From: Sarea resinae
Taxonomy: Eukaryota
Length of the DNA stretch: 45,332 nt
Reading direction: 5' to 3'
Assembly: GCA_026026165.1 (NCBI GenBank)
Contig: JAPEUD010000078.1
Location: 62,001 to 107,332 of the forward strand
The position numbers and the translations under genes are program-made. Under the pieces are notes generated by a model. It made no database searches and had not been told where the DNA came from. It worked only from the letters and a program-made list of their open reading frames with translations. Below are positions 1-12,459 of the stretch, piece after piece; position 1 is the stretch's first letter, and every line of letters begins with the position of its first letter.

Positions 1-270
1 GCCATTAGGTTTGGGTGCCGCATCCTTAGACGACGTCTGTTGGTGCTCGTAAACAACGGCAAGCACTATCACGACGGCCGTAGCTAGAAGAGCCCAGACG
101 AAGAGACCGATCTGCCGCCAGAAGAGCCAGCTGTGCTTCTTCTTCTCACGATCTCTGCGTGAGGTTCTTTCTCCTGTGAGAAGGGCATCTTCTTCGGCAA
201 TGTCGCGGTCATCTGAATGGAAGCTCGAGGTGCGATCCGCCGAGAGTAACGGCTGCTGCCCTCCCGCCAT
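1..270 (-). CDS. pho8: Vacuolar alkaline phosphatase (Pho8-type), N-terminal 90 codons; gene runs off the window start
   Basis: Not in the ORF track. ATG at 270-268 opens MAGGQQPLLSADRTSSFHSDDRDIAEEDALLTGERTSRRDREKKKHSWLFWRQIGLFVWALLATAVVIVLAVVYEHQQTSSKDAAPKPNG. The cytosolic tail with EEDALLTGER plus one TM helix matches my recollection of filamentous-fungal Pho8 N-termini. The catalytic domain lies outside the window. Confidence 0.72.
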   Translation of the reverse strand, partial: MAGGQQPLLSADRTSSFHSDDRDIAEEDALLTGERTSRRDREKKKHSWLFWRQIGLFVWALLATAVVIVLAVVYEHQQTSSKDAAPKPNG

Positions 271-751
271 GGCAGCGTGGACCAAAAGGGTCGTAGATCA
301 AAATTCGGTGATTATTGAAGATGCATGCAGTTTCGTCGATGGCAGCCAAGCATAGAACTTGAGGGGGCGGTGGATACGACAGATGAGACTCTCGAGGGGT
401 TATGCCCAGGATGTTCCCAGGGTCGTCAACTGACGTTGGAGCTCCCGCTTGGCAGACGCTCACGATGATGTCCGAGCTCGGTACCGCAGATCTGACGTAC
501 ATGGGCCGCCGTATCGTTGCTCATGTAGTACACTCCGATCTACTATGTATATCGACTTGCGATTGGCTCCATTTTCCATACAGCGAGCTGTTTCAATTAC
601 CGTCATGGAGCAACATTTGATGAACCCTCGAGCAAATATAATGATTCCCCATCCTGGTCACAAAGTCAGACCAAACACCATGATTTAAATGTACAGCTTG
701 CTGAGAATCAATGCTCTTGGTTGTGATGAGCGCGCTCTACGATCCACTGCG

Positions 752-1524
752 TCACCGAGGCTCCTTCCAACCGATGGGGATGAGTGCTGCGGCAACGTTT
801 CCCACTCCTCTTTCTGTAGCCAAGAGATTGAACTGTGCGGCCGCATTCGCCGTATCCTGTACCTCAATCCTAACTCCTAATGAATTGAGATATGCTCGTG
901 TTTGGGGAGAAATCGGCCCCATCGAAGGGCCGATTCCCAATATCAAAAGATCTTTCTTTGTTAGCGACCTGCCGAAAGAATAATGCTCAAGGTATTGCGC
1001 CAAGTAGACGGAGGATTGAACATACCAGGTTTCGGCCATACTAGGTCTAAGAGGCCCCAGGAGCTATGGTCCACATCCCACTGCCCCTTTGCATTCAAAA
1101 GCGCTTGCCTTCTGCCACCGGCTTCCCACGGTCTCCAGGTAAATGCTTCCCCATTCAACAGAAAGCAGCCGCTCCCACCAGCGATTTTGAGACCGCTATT
1201 CAACAAAAACCCATCCCTATGACAGGCATCAATGCCGGTGGTTGGTCCAGTAGAGCTTCCCAGAACATTCAAATCCTCAAACTCGGTTTGAGTATCTTCT
1301 TCTGATGAGGGGCCTCGGTATGAAGAGCTGGGCTTGGAAGAGGAATCAAGACGCCTGCTTGATGCGTGGTATTGCCTGAGGCTGCGCTTAGGAAGTAAGG
1401 GTGACTTATTCAGACATCGAAGAGAGCGGCTCTCGACATTATTTGATCGCAGGGAGAGAGTGCGAACGGATGAGGGAAAGGTAGAGCGAAGAGTCCGCGC
1501 GGTCTGGGCGCAAATATTGCTCAT
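752..1524 (-). CDS. NDUFAF3/Mth938-domain protein (complex I assembly factor 3-like) with mitochondrial presequence
   Basis: Exons 1524-1026 and 951-752; intron GTATGT...GCTAAC...AAG (1025-952). The join reads WPKP-D-LLILGIG. Motifs: IDAC..DGF.LNSG and EVQDTANAAAQFNLLATERG.VAAALIP. The N-terminus is R/S-rich. Confidence 0.88.
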
Positions 1525-1821
1525 TGTCTAGATAACGAGGTCAGTTGAGAAGAACCTGACCGGTTCCAAATAAAGGCGAAGATACTACTTACAAATACTA
1601 TGTTATCGTTGCATTGATTTGCAGCTGGAGCGCTACTGAGGTCTGCCCATGCCGCTCGAGACGTCATCCAGTATACCTGAAAATGAATATTACGCTTTAC
1701 AGCAACCACCTATTGCGCACTTTGGCTGTCCTGAAGTGCAAGACCAATGCTACCCAACCCTGGATATCAGACAGTCATCAACACAAATCCATCGTACATG
1801 GCTACTTCAAAAGTTGACTTG

Positions 1822-2134
1822 GCCGGGTCATGTCGCTTGGCTGCCCAAGAATTGGTAGATTCGGCGTTCTAATTCGGTCCGAATCACCTAGATGCATCCC
1901 TATACTATTGAGTTGCGGGACGGATACTAGACTTTCAATATCTTTGAACGGACTGCTCTAGGACAAAAGCAAGACTAGGCGCAAGGGACCGGCAGAATAG
2001 AAGATTCCGAGCAGGTAAGGTATTCCATAGTCTTGAAAAAGATGAGGCGTGCGACATTGCTAGCATGCTCGGGTCGTTGAATGGGCAGTTGACTGTCACG
2101 AGGAGCGGTCACACTTGCTATTCAAGGAACAATT
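1822..2134 (+). ncRNA. Candidate long structured ncRNA (box H/ACA snoRNA-like; alternatively an Sm-site RNA extending to ~2177)
   Basis: Nested stems: 1822-1829/1987-1993, 1834-1840/1975-1981, 1854-1864/1879-1888, 1887-1899/1950-1962 and 1906-1913/1931-1940. H-box AGAATA at 1994-1999, hairpins at 2003-2075 and 2077-2125, ACA at 2129-2131. G-U pairs favour the + strand. No credible ORF. Confidence 0.55.
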
Positions 2135-2300
2135 TTGGGGAAAGTGATCTGTCTGCGACTCCAGCGGCGGATCTTTCTATTGAAACCTCTGAGCTAATAC
2201 ACGCGGAGAGCTGTGCCCTTGAACATAGCGAGCATTCGCCGTGCCGCATGAACCCATAACCGTTATTGCATCAACACGCCCGAACCACCCTTATATCCAC

Positions 2301-3100
2301 TTAGCGCTTCTTTTGCTGAGACTCCTTGAGAACCTGTTGCAATATCTAGTTAGCATTTCAACGCCCAACTCATTGAAAGGCCGTATTGGCTGCACCGCAG
2401 CGCACCAAGCTACATGAGCTGTGGCACCCTATTGAATAGCTTACCTTCTTCACGATCTTCTGCTCCTCAATCAAGAAAGCCCGAACAACACGGTCCTTGA
2501 CGCAGTTGGCACATCTCGATCCACCATAGGCGCGCTGAACGGTCTTTTGAGGGCGAGAGATCTGGGAGTATTCGCGAGGTCGAAGGGCTGGAATCTAATG
2601 AAAAGTCAGCACCACATTCAATAAGAATGGTCGAATGACTGCGCAGGTTCCGAATGTCCCTCTCGTGCCTGGCTCCACGGCTGTTTGTCGCGCAGCCCGT
2701 GCCACCAAGGGTTCCGGCTAGGCAGAAAGACTAGGACACCAGAAGGTTGAGGAATATCGCACTCACCCCTGGAAGCTTGATGCCGCAGTCACCGCATTTC
2801 GGTGCGGTTCCCTTCTTCTTGAGGTGGAGGTATCGTAGCTTGCCACCGGGGGTCTTGATCACGCGGACCTTGTTGGACCGGGTGTTGTACCTTTGAGAGG
2901 AGAGCCGTTAGTAGATGAAGAGAAGTCGTTGGCGCTCGAAGGGTCTGTTCATATTCGCGTTCGCAAAATCGGATTGAGGTTCAAGGCACAGGCTGGATTG
3001 AGACTTACGGATTCCTCCGTCGCTTTTAGGAATTCAAGTCAGCAGAAGCACTCAAAATCATCGAAGAAGCACTCACGTAAGTTAGTCTGGTAGAGGCCAT
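2301..3100 (-). CDS. rpl34: 60S ribosomal protein L34 (eL34)
   Basis: Five exons: 3100-3077, 3022-3009, 2890-2767, 2594-2445, 2333-2301. They give [114 protein letters not shown]. All introns are GT-AG. Confidence 0.97.
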
Positions 3101-3544
3101 TTTGTCCGGGCAACAACAATATCCTCCAAGTTGCTGGTCGTTGTCGCTGGTCGTTGGTCGTCGTTCTTTGGGACTTTCAAAAGTTGCTCGCTTCGTCGTG
3201 CGCAGATGTGGGCTTCAGCCCTGAGGCTCAAGTCATGTGATTAGGCGAAGCGACTTGTCGACTTTGAGTTTAGCATTGTACTCATCGCCAAGACTTCCAT
3301 TCCTGCATGTCAAGTAAGACGAAGACGAAGAAGATCTAAGAGCCTCGCCACTTTTAGTGCAAGCCAAGGCAAGATCATTTACTGACCTCAACATCTCCGC
3401 GCGTCGCATCCACTCCAAGACTGCGCTCTCTTCTCTTTGCTCTGAAGCGACAGGTTGGATCTATCATACCAGTGGAGATTTCGAGAGAAGATCGCGTCTG
3501 CGGAGGTCTAATTGATTTCAGAAGCCCCGCTGGGGTCTTCTAAC

Positions 3545-6500
3545 ATGTCGAGTCTACCGCCACCCCCAGGATGGGGCGCGTCAGCACCTCCTTCGATGCC
3601 TCTGGCGCCACCTCCTCCAGGCTACCGACCTCCAGCTGATCCTCAAGTCGCCAAGTATGCTCAGAAGAAGAAAGAATGGCTTCGGACTCAGCGGAATCGA
3701 TTCGGGGAGAAGCGCAAGGGTGGCTTTATCGAAACGCAGAAAGCCGACATGCCACCTGAGCATCTGCGCAAGATCGTCAAGGATATCGGCGATGTCTCCC
3801 AGAAGAAGTTCAGCAACGACAAACGAAGTTATCTGGGTGCTCTCAAGTTCATGCCGCATGCGGTTCTAAAACTTTTGGAGAACATGCCGATGCCTTGGGA
3901 GTCAGCCCGGGAGGTGAAGGTTTTGTATCATGTCAACGGATGCTTGACATTGGTCAATGAGACGCCGAGAGTTATCGAGCCGATCTTCCATGCGCAATGG
4001 GCAACAATGTGGGTATGCATGCGGAGGGAAAAGAGTGATCGGAGACACTTCAAGCGGATGAGGTTCCCGCCGTTCGACGATGAAGAGCCGCCGTTGTCTT
4101 GGTCTGAGAACATTGAGGATGTAGAGCCTTTGGAGCCTATTCAAATGGAGTTGGACGAGTCTGAGGATGGACCGGTTTACGAATGGCTCTACGACAACCA
4201 ACCGCTGCTTGATACTCCTCATGTGAACGGGCCGAGCTACAAGACATGGAATCTTACACTCCCTCAGATGGCGACGCTCTACAGACTTAGTCACCAGCTT
4301 TTGAGTGATCTGGTTGATAAGAACTATTTCCACATGTTCGATTTGAACAGCTTTCTTACGGCAAAGGCGCTCAACGTGGCTATCCCTGGTGGACCTCGTT
4401 TCGAACCTCTGTACAAAGACGTGGATCCAAACGACGAAGACTTTGGCGAGTTCAACGCTATTGATCGTATCATCTTCCGTGCACCTATACGGACCGAATA
4501 TCGCGTCTCGTTTCCATTCTTGTATAATTCCCTACCTCGAAGCGTCAAGCTATCCTGGTATTCCTATCCTCAGGTCGTCTACGTTCGGGCTGAAGATCCG
4601 AGTCTTCCGGCCTTCTATTTCGATCCTGTTATTAATCCAATCTCCTCGCGATCCGTGGCCGCCAAAAATATCACCGTCAGTCATGAGGACGAAATTTTCG
4701 GCTATGGCAATAATGAAGATGAGGAATTTGAACTTCCGGGTGGGGTTGAGCCTTTTCTGGGCGACGAGGAACTCTACACCAGCGATACAGCGTCAGCGAT
4801 AGCTCTTTGGTGGGCACCATATCCCTTCGATCGACGATCAGGACGAATGGTTCGTGCGCAAGACGTTCCTTTGGTGAAGCAGTGGTATCTCGAGCACGTT
4901 CCACAGGGCCAGCCTGTCAAGGTCCGAGTCTCGTATCAAAAATTGCTCAAGACTTACGTTTTGAATGAGCTCCACAAGAGAAAGCCAAAGGCGCAAAACA
5001 AGCAAAACCTTCTCTCAACGCTTCGATCGACCAAATTCTTCCAACAAACGACCATTGACTGGGTTGAAGCTGGTTTGCAAGTCTGTCGTCAAGGCTTCAA
5101 CATGCTGAACCTTCTAATCCACCGAAAGAACCTCACCTATCTCCATCTGGATTACAATTTCAACTTGAAGCCCGTCAAGACCTTGACTACCAAGGAAAGA
5201 AAGAAGTCTCGATTTGGGAATGCATTCCATCTCATGCGTGAGATTCTAAGGTTGACTAAACTTATCGTCGATGCTCAAGTCCAGTATCGCCTGGGCAACA
5301 TCGACGCCTTTCAACTTGCCGATGGCATCCTCTATGCTTTCAACCACGTCGGTCAATTGACAGGAATGTATCGATACAAGTATAAGCTTATGCATCAAAT
5401 TCGATCATGCAAAGATCTAAAGCATCTTATCTACTACCGCTTCAATTCGGGACCTGTTGGCAAGGGACCAGGATGTGGTTTCTGGGCTCCAGCTTGGCGG
5501 GTGTGGCTGTTCTTCATGAGGGGGATCATCCCGCTTCTTGAGAGGTGGCTTGGCAATTTGCTCTCTCGTCAATTTGAAGGTCGTCACAGCAAAGGCGTCG
5601 CAAAAACAGTGACTAAGCAAAGAGTTGAGTCACATTTCGATCTGGAACTTCGAGCATCTGTTATGGCCGATTTGATGGATATGATGCCCGAGGGGATCAA
5701 ACAGAATAAGGTCAACACCGTTCTACAGCATCTTTCGGAAGCTTGGAGATGCTGGAAGAGTAATATTCCGTGGAAGGTACCTGGCCTGCCCGCGCCTATC
5801 GAAAATATCATTCTTCGATATGTCAAGAGCAAAGCAGATTGGTGGATCTCTGTCGCTCACTACAATCGAGAGCGTATAAGGAGAGGGGCTACAGTCGATA
5901 AGACGGTCGCGAAGAAGAATCTTGGGCGACTCACTCGCCTATGGTTGAAGGCGGAGCAAGAGAGACAACATAATTACATGAAGGACGGCCCCTACGTTTC
6001 TTCAGAGGAAGCCGTGGCAATCTATACCACCACGGTACACTGGCTGGAATCACGAAAATTTTCCCCTATACCTTTCCCAAGTGTCTCGTACAAGCACGAC
6101 ACCAAGATCCTCATTCTTGCTCTGGAGCGTCTCCGCGAGGCTTACTCCGTCAAAGGTCGACTCAATCAGAGCCAGCGAGAAGAACTTGCGCTCATCGAGC
6201 AGGCTTATGACTCGCCTGGAACGACCCTAGCAAGAATCAAACGATTCTTACTGACGCAGAGAGCTTTCAAGGAAGTTGGCATTGACATGAACGACAACTA
6301 CAGCACTATCAACCCTGTCTATGATATCGAGCCCGTTGAGAAGATCACGGATGCTTATCTCGATCAATATCTCTGGTATCAAGCCGATCAGAGACATCTA
6401 TTTCCCGCTTGGATCAAACCTTCGGATTCGGAAGTGCCGCCACTTTTGACGTATAAATGGGCTCAAGGAATCAACAACTTGGACAAGGTCTGGGAAACAG

Positions 6501-9500
6501 AAGATGGAGAATGCAATGTCATGATCGAGACCCAGCTATCGAAAGTCTATGAGAAGATCGATTTGACCTTGCTCAACCGACTGCTACGTCTTATCATGGA
6601 TCACAACTTGGCAGATTATATCACGTCAAAGAACAACGTACAGTTGAATTATAAGGACATGAACCATACCAATAGTTATGGTATGATTCGCGGTCTGCAA
6701 TTCTCTGCGTTCGTTTTCCAGTACTATGGTCTTGTCATCGACTTGCTTCTCCTAGGTTTGCAGCGTGCTAGTGAGATCGCTGGACCACCGCAGAGTCCCA
6801 ACGACTTCCTGCAATTCAGGGATCGCGAGACTGAGACCAGACACCCTATTCGTCTGTACACGAGATACATCGATCGCATTTGGGTCTTCTTCAGGTTTAG
6901 CGCAGACGAGTCAAGAGATTTGATCCAGCGGTTTTTGACCGAACAGCCAGATCCAAATTTCGAAAATGTTATTGGCTATCGCAACAAGAAATGCTGGCCT
7001 CGTGACTCTAGGATGAGGCTGATGAGACATGATGTCAATCTTGGCCGAGCAGTCTTTTGGGATCTGAAGAACAGATTGCCAAGGTCAGTCACGACCATCG
7101 AATGGGATGATACTTTCGCTAGTGTCTACAGTCGCGATAACCCTAACTTGCTATTCTCCATGTGTGGCTTCGAAGTCCGCATTCTGCCTAAGACAAGAAA
7201 TCTCAACGAAGAGTTTCCCGTCAAGGATAGCGTGTGGTCTCTCGTGGACAACACGACGAAAGAGAGGACTGCTCATGCCTTCTTGCAAGTGACTGAGGAA
7301 GATATACAGAAGTTCAACAATCGGATTCGTCAAATTTTGATGTCTTCTGGATCGACTACCTTCACAAAGATTGCAAACAAATGGAACACAAGTCTCATTG
7401 CTCTGTTCACCTACTACCGAGAGGCTGCCGTATCGACTATCAACCTTCTCGATACCATCGTCAAGTGTGAGACTAAGATCCAGACACGGGTAAAGATAGG
7501 TCTCAATTCCAAGATGCCTTCTCGATTCCCTCCAGCAGTCTTTTACACCCCGAAGGAACTTGGTGGACTCGGCATGATTTCTGGGTCTCACATCTTGATC
7601 CCGACAAGCGACAAGCGATGGTCAAAGCAGACCGACACGGGCGTTACCCACTATAGGTCTGGTATGTCCCATGACGAGGAGACGCTGATACCGAATATCT
7701 TCCGGTACATTATTCCTTGGGAAGCTGAGTTCATCGACTCCCAGAGGGTTTGGACGGAATATTCTCAAAAGCGTCTGGAAGCGAACCAACAGAATCGAAG
7801 ATTGACCCTGGAAGATCTTGAGGATAGTTGGGACCGTGGATTGCCTCGTATCAACACCCTTTTCCAGAAGGACAGGAGTACTCTCAGTTTTGATAAAGGC
7901 TTCCGGGCTAGAACTGAATTCAAGACATACCAGCTGATGAAGAGCAATCCTTTCTGGTGGACTAGCCAGAGGCACGATGGTAAATTGTGGAATCTGAACG
8001 CATATAGAACCGACGTCATTCAAGCACTCGGTGGTGTGGAAACCATTTTGGAGCATACTCTCTTCAAGGCTACCGCATTCCCGTCTTGGGAAGGCTTGTT
8101 CTGGGAAAAAGCTTGCCTTGCAAAGGGAACACAGCTACTGCGTCACGATGGTACCAAGGTCGCAGTTGAAGACGTCAAGGAAGGGGATCTACTTCTCGGT
8201 CCGGACGGTGGGCCTCGTCGCGCCTTCAATATCGTTAACGGTAAAGACCACCTCTATCGCATCAAGATCGGCTCTCACAGAGAGGATCTTGTCGTCACGC
8301 CAAACCATATCTTGGTTCTTCATCGCGAGAAAGGCTATGGGAATAGCTCGAACTCGGGCCAGGTCGAGGATATTGAGGAGGATCAAGAGGACGAGGAGGC
8401 GAATATCGCGGCCCCAACTCTTCAAAATGTCTCCGTAGCCAAGCGCTATGACACCGTCCTAATGACAGCCGCAGAGTTCGCAGCTCTTGACGAAGAGGAG
8501 AGGCGCAAGTACCGCCTTTTCAACTCTCCCGGTTTCGAATTGCCCCAGCAGGCCGTGCCGGTCAACCCATACTTTCTTGGCCTTTGGCTTGGAGATGGCA
8601 GTCGTGACAGAAAACACATTCCGTCGATCTATATGAAGAATTCGCGATCTGTCCGTCTCGCTGTCCTCGCGGGTTTGATCGACTCTGACGGCTGGTCTGT
8701 GTACCCCGAGAACATGCTCGGCTTTGCGCAAAGCGAGCGCCGGCATTCGACTCTATTTTGGGACACTGTTGCGCTCGCAAGGTCATTGGGTCTCAGCGTG
8801 TGGACGAAACGGCGCATGATGTGGAATTCAACTCATACACGGCGTGCTCCTCAACCTTTTGCCCAAATATTCGGCAACGTGGCAGAAGTCCCATGTCTAC
8901 TCGTGCGCAAGAAAGGAGTTGAGCGTTTCACCCCCCCAGTCCACAGCTTCATCATCAAGGATATCTTCCTTGAACCCAAGGCCACAGAATGGGCCGGCTT
9001 TCGGGTCGATCAAGACCAGCTTTATTTACGCCACGACTATCTCGTACTGCACAACAGTGGCTTTGAGGAATCGATGAAGTTCAAGAAATTGACCAATGCT
9101 CAGCGATCCGGTTTGAATCAAATTCCGAACCGTCGCTTCACTCTTTGGTGGTCGCCCACTATCAATCGCGCAAACGTCTACGTTGGTTTCCAAGTACAAC
9201 TCGATCTTACCGGCATCTTCTTGCACGGAAAGATTCCCACCCTCAAGATTTCTCTGATTCAGATTTTCCGAGCCCATTTGTGGCAGAAGATCCACGAGTC
9301 TGTCGTCATGGATTTGTGCCAGGTCTTTGACCAGGAGCTCGAGTCGTTGGGTATTGAAACCGTACAGAAGGAGACTATCCATCCGCGTAAGTCGTATAAG
9401 ATGAACAGTTCTTGCGCGGACATCCTCTTGTTTGCCAGTCACAAATGGAACGTGACTCGACCGTCTCTTCTCTTTGACACCAAAGACGTTATTGATCCTA

Positions 9501-11630
9501 CGACTACCAACAAATTCTGGGTTGACGTTCAACTTCGGTATGGTGATTACGATTCTCATGATATCGAGCGATACGTCCGTGCCAAATACCTCGATTACAC
9601 CTCCGATACCATGAGCATTTACCCCTCCCCCACTGGTCTCATGATCGGCATCGACCTTGCATACAATTTGTACTCAGCCTATGGTCTTTACTTCCCTGGA
9701 TTGAAGACGTTGATTCAGCAAGCTATGGCCAAGGTCATGAAGGCGAATCCTGCACTGTATGTTCTTCGCGAGCGTATCCGCAAGGGTCTACAGCTGTATG
9801 CATCCGAGAGCAACCAAGAATTTCTGAATTCGCAGAATTACTCGGAGCTTTTCAGCAACCAGATTCAGCTCTTCATCGACGACACGAATGTCTACCGTGT
9901 GACAATTCACAAGACATTTGAGGGCAATTTGACGACTAAGCCAATCAATGGAGCTATCTTCATCTTCAACCCCAGAACAGGGCAGCTCTTCCTTAAGATC
10001 ATTCATACTAGCGTTTGGGCTGGGCAGAAACGTCTGGGTCAATTGGCGAAATGGAAGACAGCTGAAGAAGTGGCGGCACTTATCCGATCATTGCCCGTTG
10101 AAGAGCAGCCAAAGCAGTTGATCGTCACACGGAAAGGTCTTCTTGATCCTCTCGAAGTCCACCTACTCGACTTTCCCAACATCTCGATTCGAGCGTCCGA
10201 ACTACAGCTGCCATTCCAGGCGGCTATGAAGGTTGAAAAATTGGGTGATATGATTTTGCGGGCAACCGAGCCCCAGATGGTGCTTTTTAATCTGTATGAT
10301 GAGTGGCTGAAGACCATCTCTTCGTACACCGCTTTCTCTCGACTGATCTTGATCCTTCGTGCCCTGCACGTCAATATGGACAAGACGAAGCTGTTGCTGC
10401 GACCAGACAAGACTGTCATCACGCAAGAACACCACATTTGGCCCACGCTGTCCGACGAGGATTGGATCAAGGTAGAAGTTCAATTGCGTGACTTGATTCT
10501 CAATGACTACGGGAAGAAAAACAACGTCAACACTTCTAGTTTGACCAGCAGCGAAGTGCGGGACATCATCCTGGGTATGGAGATTAGCGCGCCGTCCATG
10601 CAACGTCAACAAGCCGCCGAAATCGAAAAGCAGCAGCAAGAGCAGCAGCAACTCACTGCCGTCACCACCAAGACCCAGAACGTCCGCGGCGAGGATATTG
10701 TCGTCACCACGACTTCCCAGTTCGAGCAGCAGACCTTTGCTTCCAAGACCGAATGGCGGACCCGCGCCATCGCCACGTCGAACCTCCGGACGCGTGCAAA
10801 CAACATCTATATCTCATCGGACGACATTCGCGAAGACGAGCACTACACATACATCATGCCTAAGAATATCCTCAAGCGCTTCATCACCATCGCCGACCTC
10901 CGGGTCCAAGTCGCAGGCTACCTCTACGGATCCTCGCCGCCAGACAACGACCAGGTGAAAGAAGTCCGCACCATTGTCATGATTCCTCAAGTCGGCAATA
11001 CTCGTGACGTTCAGCTCCCGCACCAACTCCCACAGCATGAGTATCTCTCCTCTCTCGAACCCTTAGGTGTCATCCACACCGTCGCGGGCAACGAACCCCC
11101 ATACATGCCTGCCATGGACGTCACACAGCACGCCCGCCTCATGGCAGCGCATCCCTCGTGGGACAAGAAGACGGTCACCATGACGGTATCGTTCACGCCG
11201 GGGTCCGTCTCGCTCGCCGCCTGGGCGCTGACGCCGCAGGGCTACAAATGGGGCGCCGAGAACAAAGACACGTCCTCGGACCAACCGCAGGGCTTCTCGA
11301 CCTCGATGGGCGAGAAATGCCAGTTGCTGCTCTCGGACAAGATCCGCGGCTACTTTTTGGTACCGGATGCTAATGTGTGGAATTACTCTTTCATGGGCAG
11401 CAGCTTTGGCAATGTTGAGAAGAAGGCCGTCTATGTCAAGATGGATACGCCTCTGGTAAGTTTTTCAAAAAAATTTTTATCTACCCAACTTCAATCTCCA
11501 AGGTTTGGACATGGCTGACCTGTTGTTTTCTCTACAGCGCTTCTACGATGACCAGCACCGTCCTCTTCATTTCCAGAACTTCGCCGAGCTAGAGGATATC
11601 TGGGTCGATCGGTCCGACAACTTCGCCTGA
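3545..11630 (+). CDS. prp8: Pre-mRNA splicing factor Prp8 (U5 snRNP), intein-containing precursor
   Basis: Unmistakable Prp8 sequence ([12 protein letters not shown]..., [23 protein letters not shown]-terminal MPN domain). ATG at 3545. Exon 1 ends at 11455; intron GTAAGT..GCTGAC..CAG at 11456-11537. Exon 2 (11538-11630) encodes [30 protein letters not shown]. Confidence 0.99.
8114..9055 (+). mobile_element. PRP8 intein (314 aa) with degenerate, internally deleted LAGLIDADG homing endonuclease
   Basis: Inserted at the canonical fungal PRP8 site [11 protein letters not shown]...[12 protein letters not shown] (Cys1, penultimate His, terminal Asn, Ser+1). Block [10 protein letters not shown], block [12 protein letters not shown] and block [10 protein letters not shown] are present. 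Confidence 0.97.
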
Positions 11631-12154
11631 TCCTTTTCCTCCCCAATCTCCTTCTTCCACCTCGTTCGTCAGCTTAGCTTAGCTTAGCTTAGCTCAGTGT
11701 CTCTCTCTCCCTCTCCCTCGTTTTTCTCTCATCCGGCGTTTCATATCGTCTTCATGTATCGGTGGGGAATCTTTTTTTCTTGTATTTCTATAGCCGTGGT
11801 CCTGTATTTCCATGGTTCGTGGTTCGTGCGAGGGGTCCCGTTTGTTTGCTTTCCGTGTGTATTATAACCAAAGATTGAAAACTCAGCAAGGGAGCGGAAA
11901 TTCTTTTCTTTTAGCTTCTTTTAGCTTCTCTCTGGATTCCAGTGTTCTTTATAAAAAAATCTTCAATGAATCAAATCGAATCGAATCGACTAGTCCGTGT
12001 GTCCGTATGATGCTTCTATTGAACTTTGGTGTTCTGGGTAGTGGTGTGTATGTGTATGTGTATGTGTATGGGTGAAGGGTGAAGGGTGAAGGGTGAGAAA
12101 GGCTGTGCGAGAGAAAAGTGGAGGGCGGGGAAATGTTATTCATTTGGACTCGTA

Positions 12155-12245
12155 GTCAGGATTCAGAATTCAGGATATAGGATATAGGATATAGGATTCA
12201 GGGTTCAGGATTTAGGGTTCAGGATTTAGGGTTCAGGATTTAGGG
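12155..12245 (+). repeat. Degenerate 7-bp tandem array (TTCAGGA/TATAGGA/TTTAGGG, 13 units)
   Basis: Read directly. It lies in the SSR-rich convergent gap between prp8 and the SNF2 gene, which also has (GCTTA)n at ~11671-11695 and (AACGCC)n at ~12351-12404. Confidence 0.9.
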
Positions 12246-12459
12246 TTCTATGAGATTGAGAGAAAAGCATGAAGTGAGATCTTATATTGAAGGGAATTAT
12301 CACAGTAACTTGTTGAGGGTATCATCGTCATCACCATCATCATCAGTCGCCAACGCCATTTCCAACGCCAACGCCAACGCCAACGCCAACGCCAACGCCA
12401 ACACCAATATTTCCTCTCTCTTAGATACCAACGACTACGCGCCTCCGACTCATTCCCCC

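Noticed and set aside
2010..2024. Minus-strand ATACCTTACCTG resembling the U1 snRNA 5' end
   Set aside because: It has an extra C, there is no U1-70K loop (GATCACGAAG-like) downstream, and folding favours the + strand.
2021..2028. TATTCCAT resembling the snR30/U17 m1 motif
   Set aside because: It is not in the 3' hairpin, and the partner m2 motif AAACCAT is absent before the ACA.
3512..3544. Upstream ORF-track starts for prp8 (likewise 19080, 35156, 36529)
   Set aside because: These are non-ATG starts; the first in-frame ATGs were used instead.
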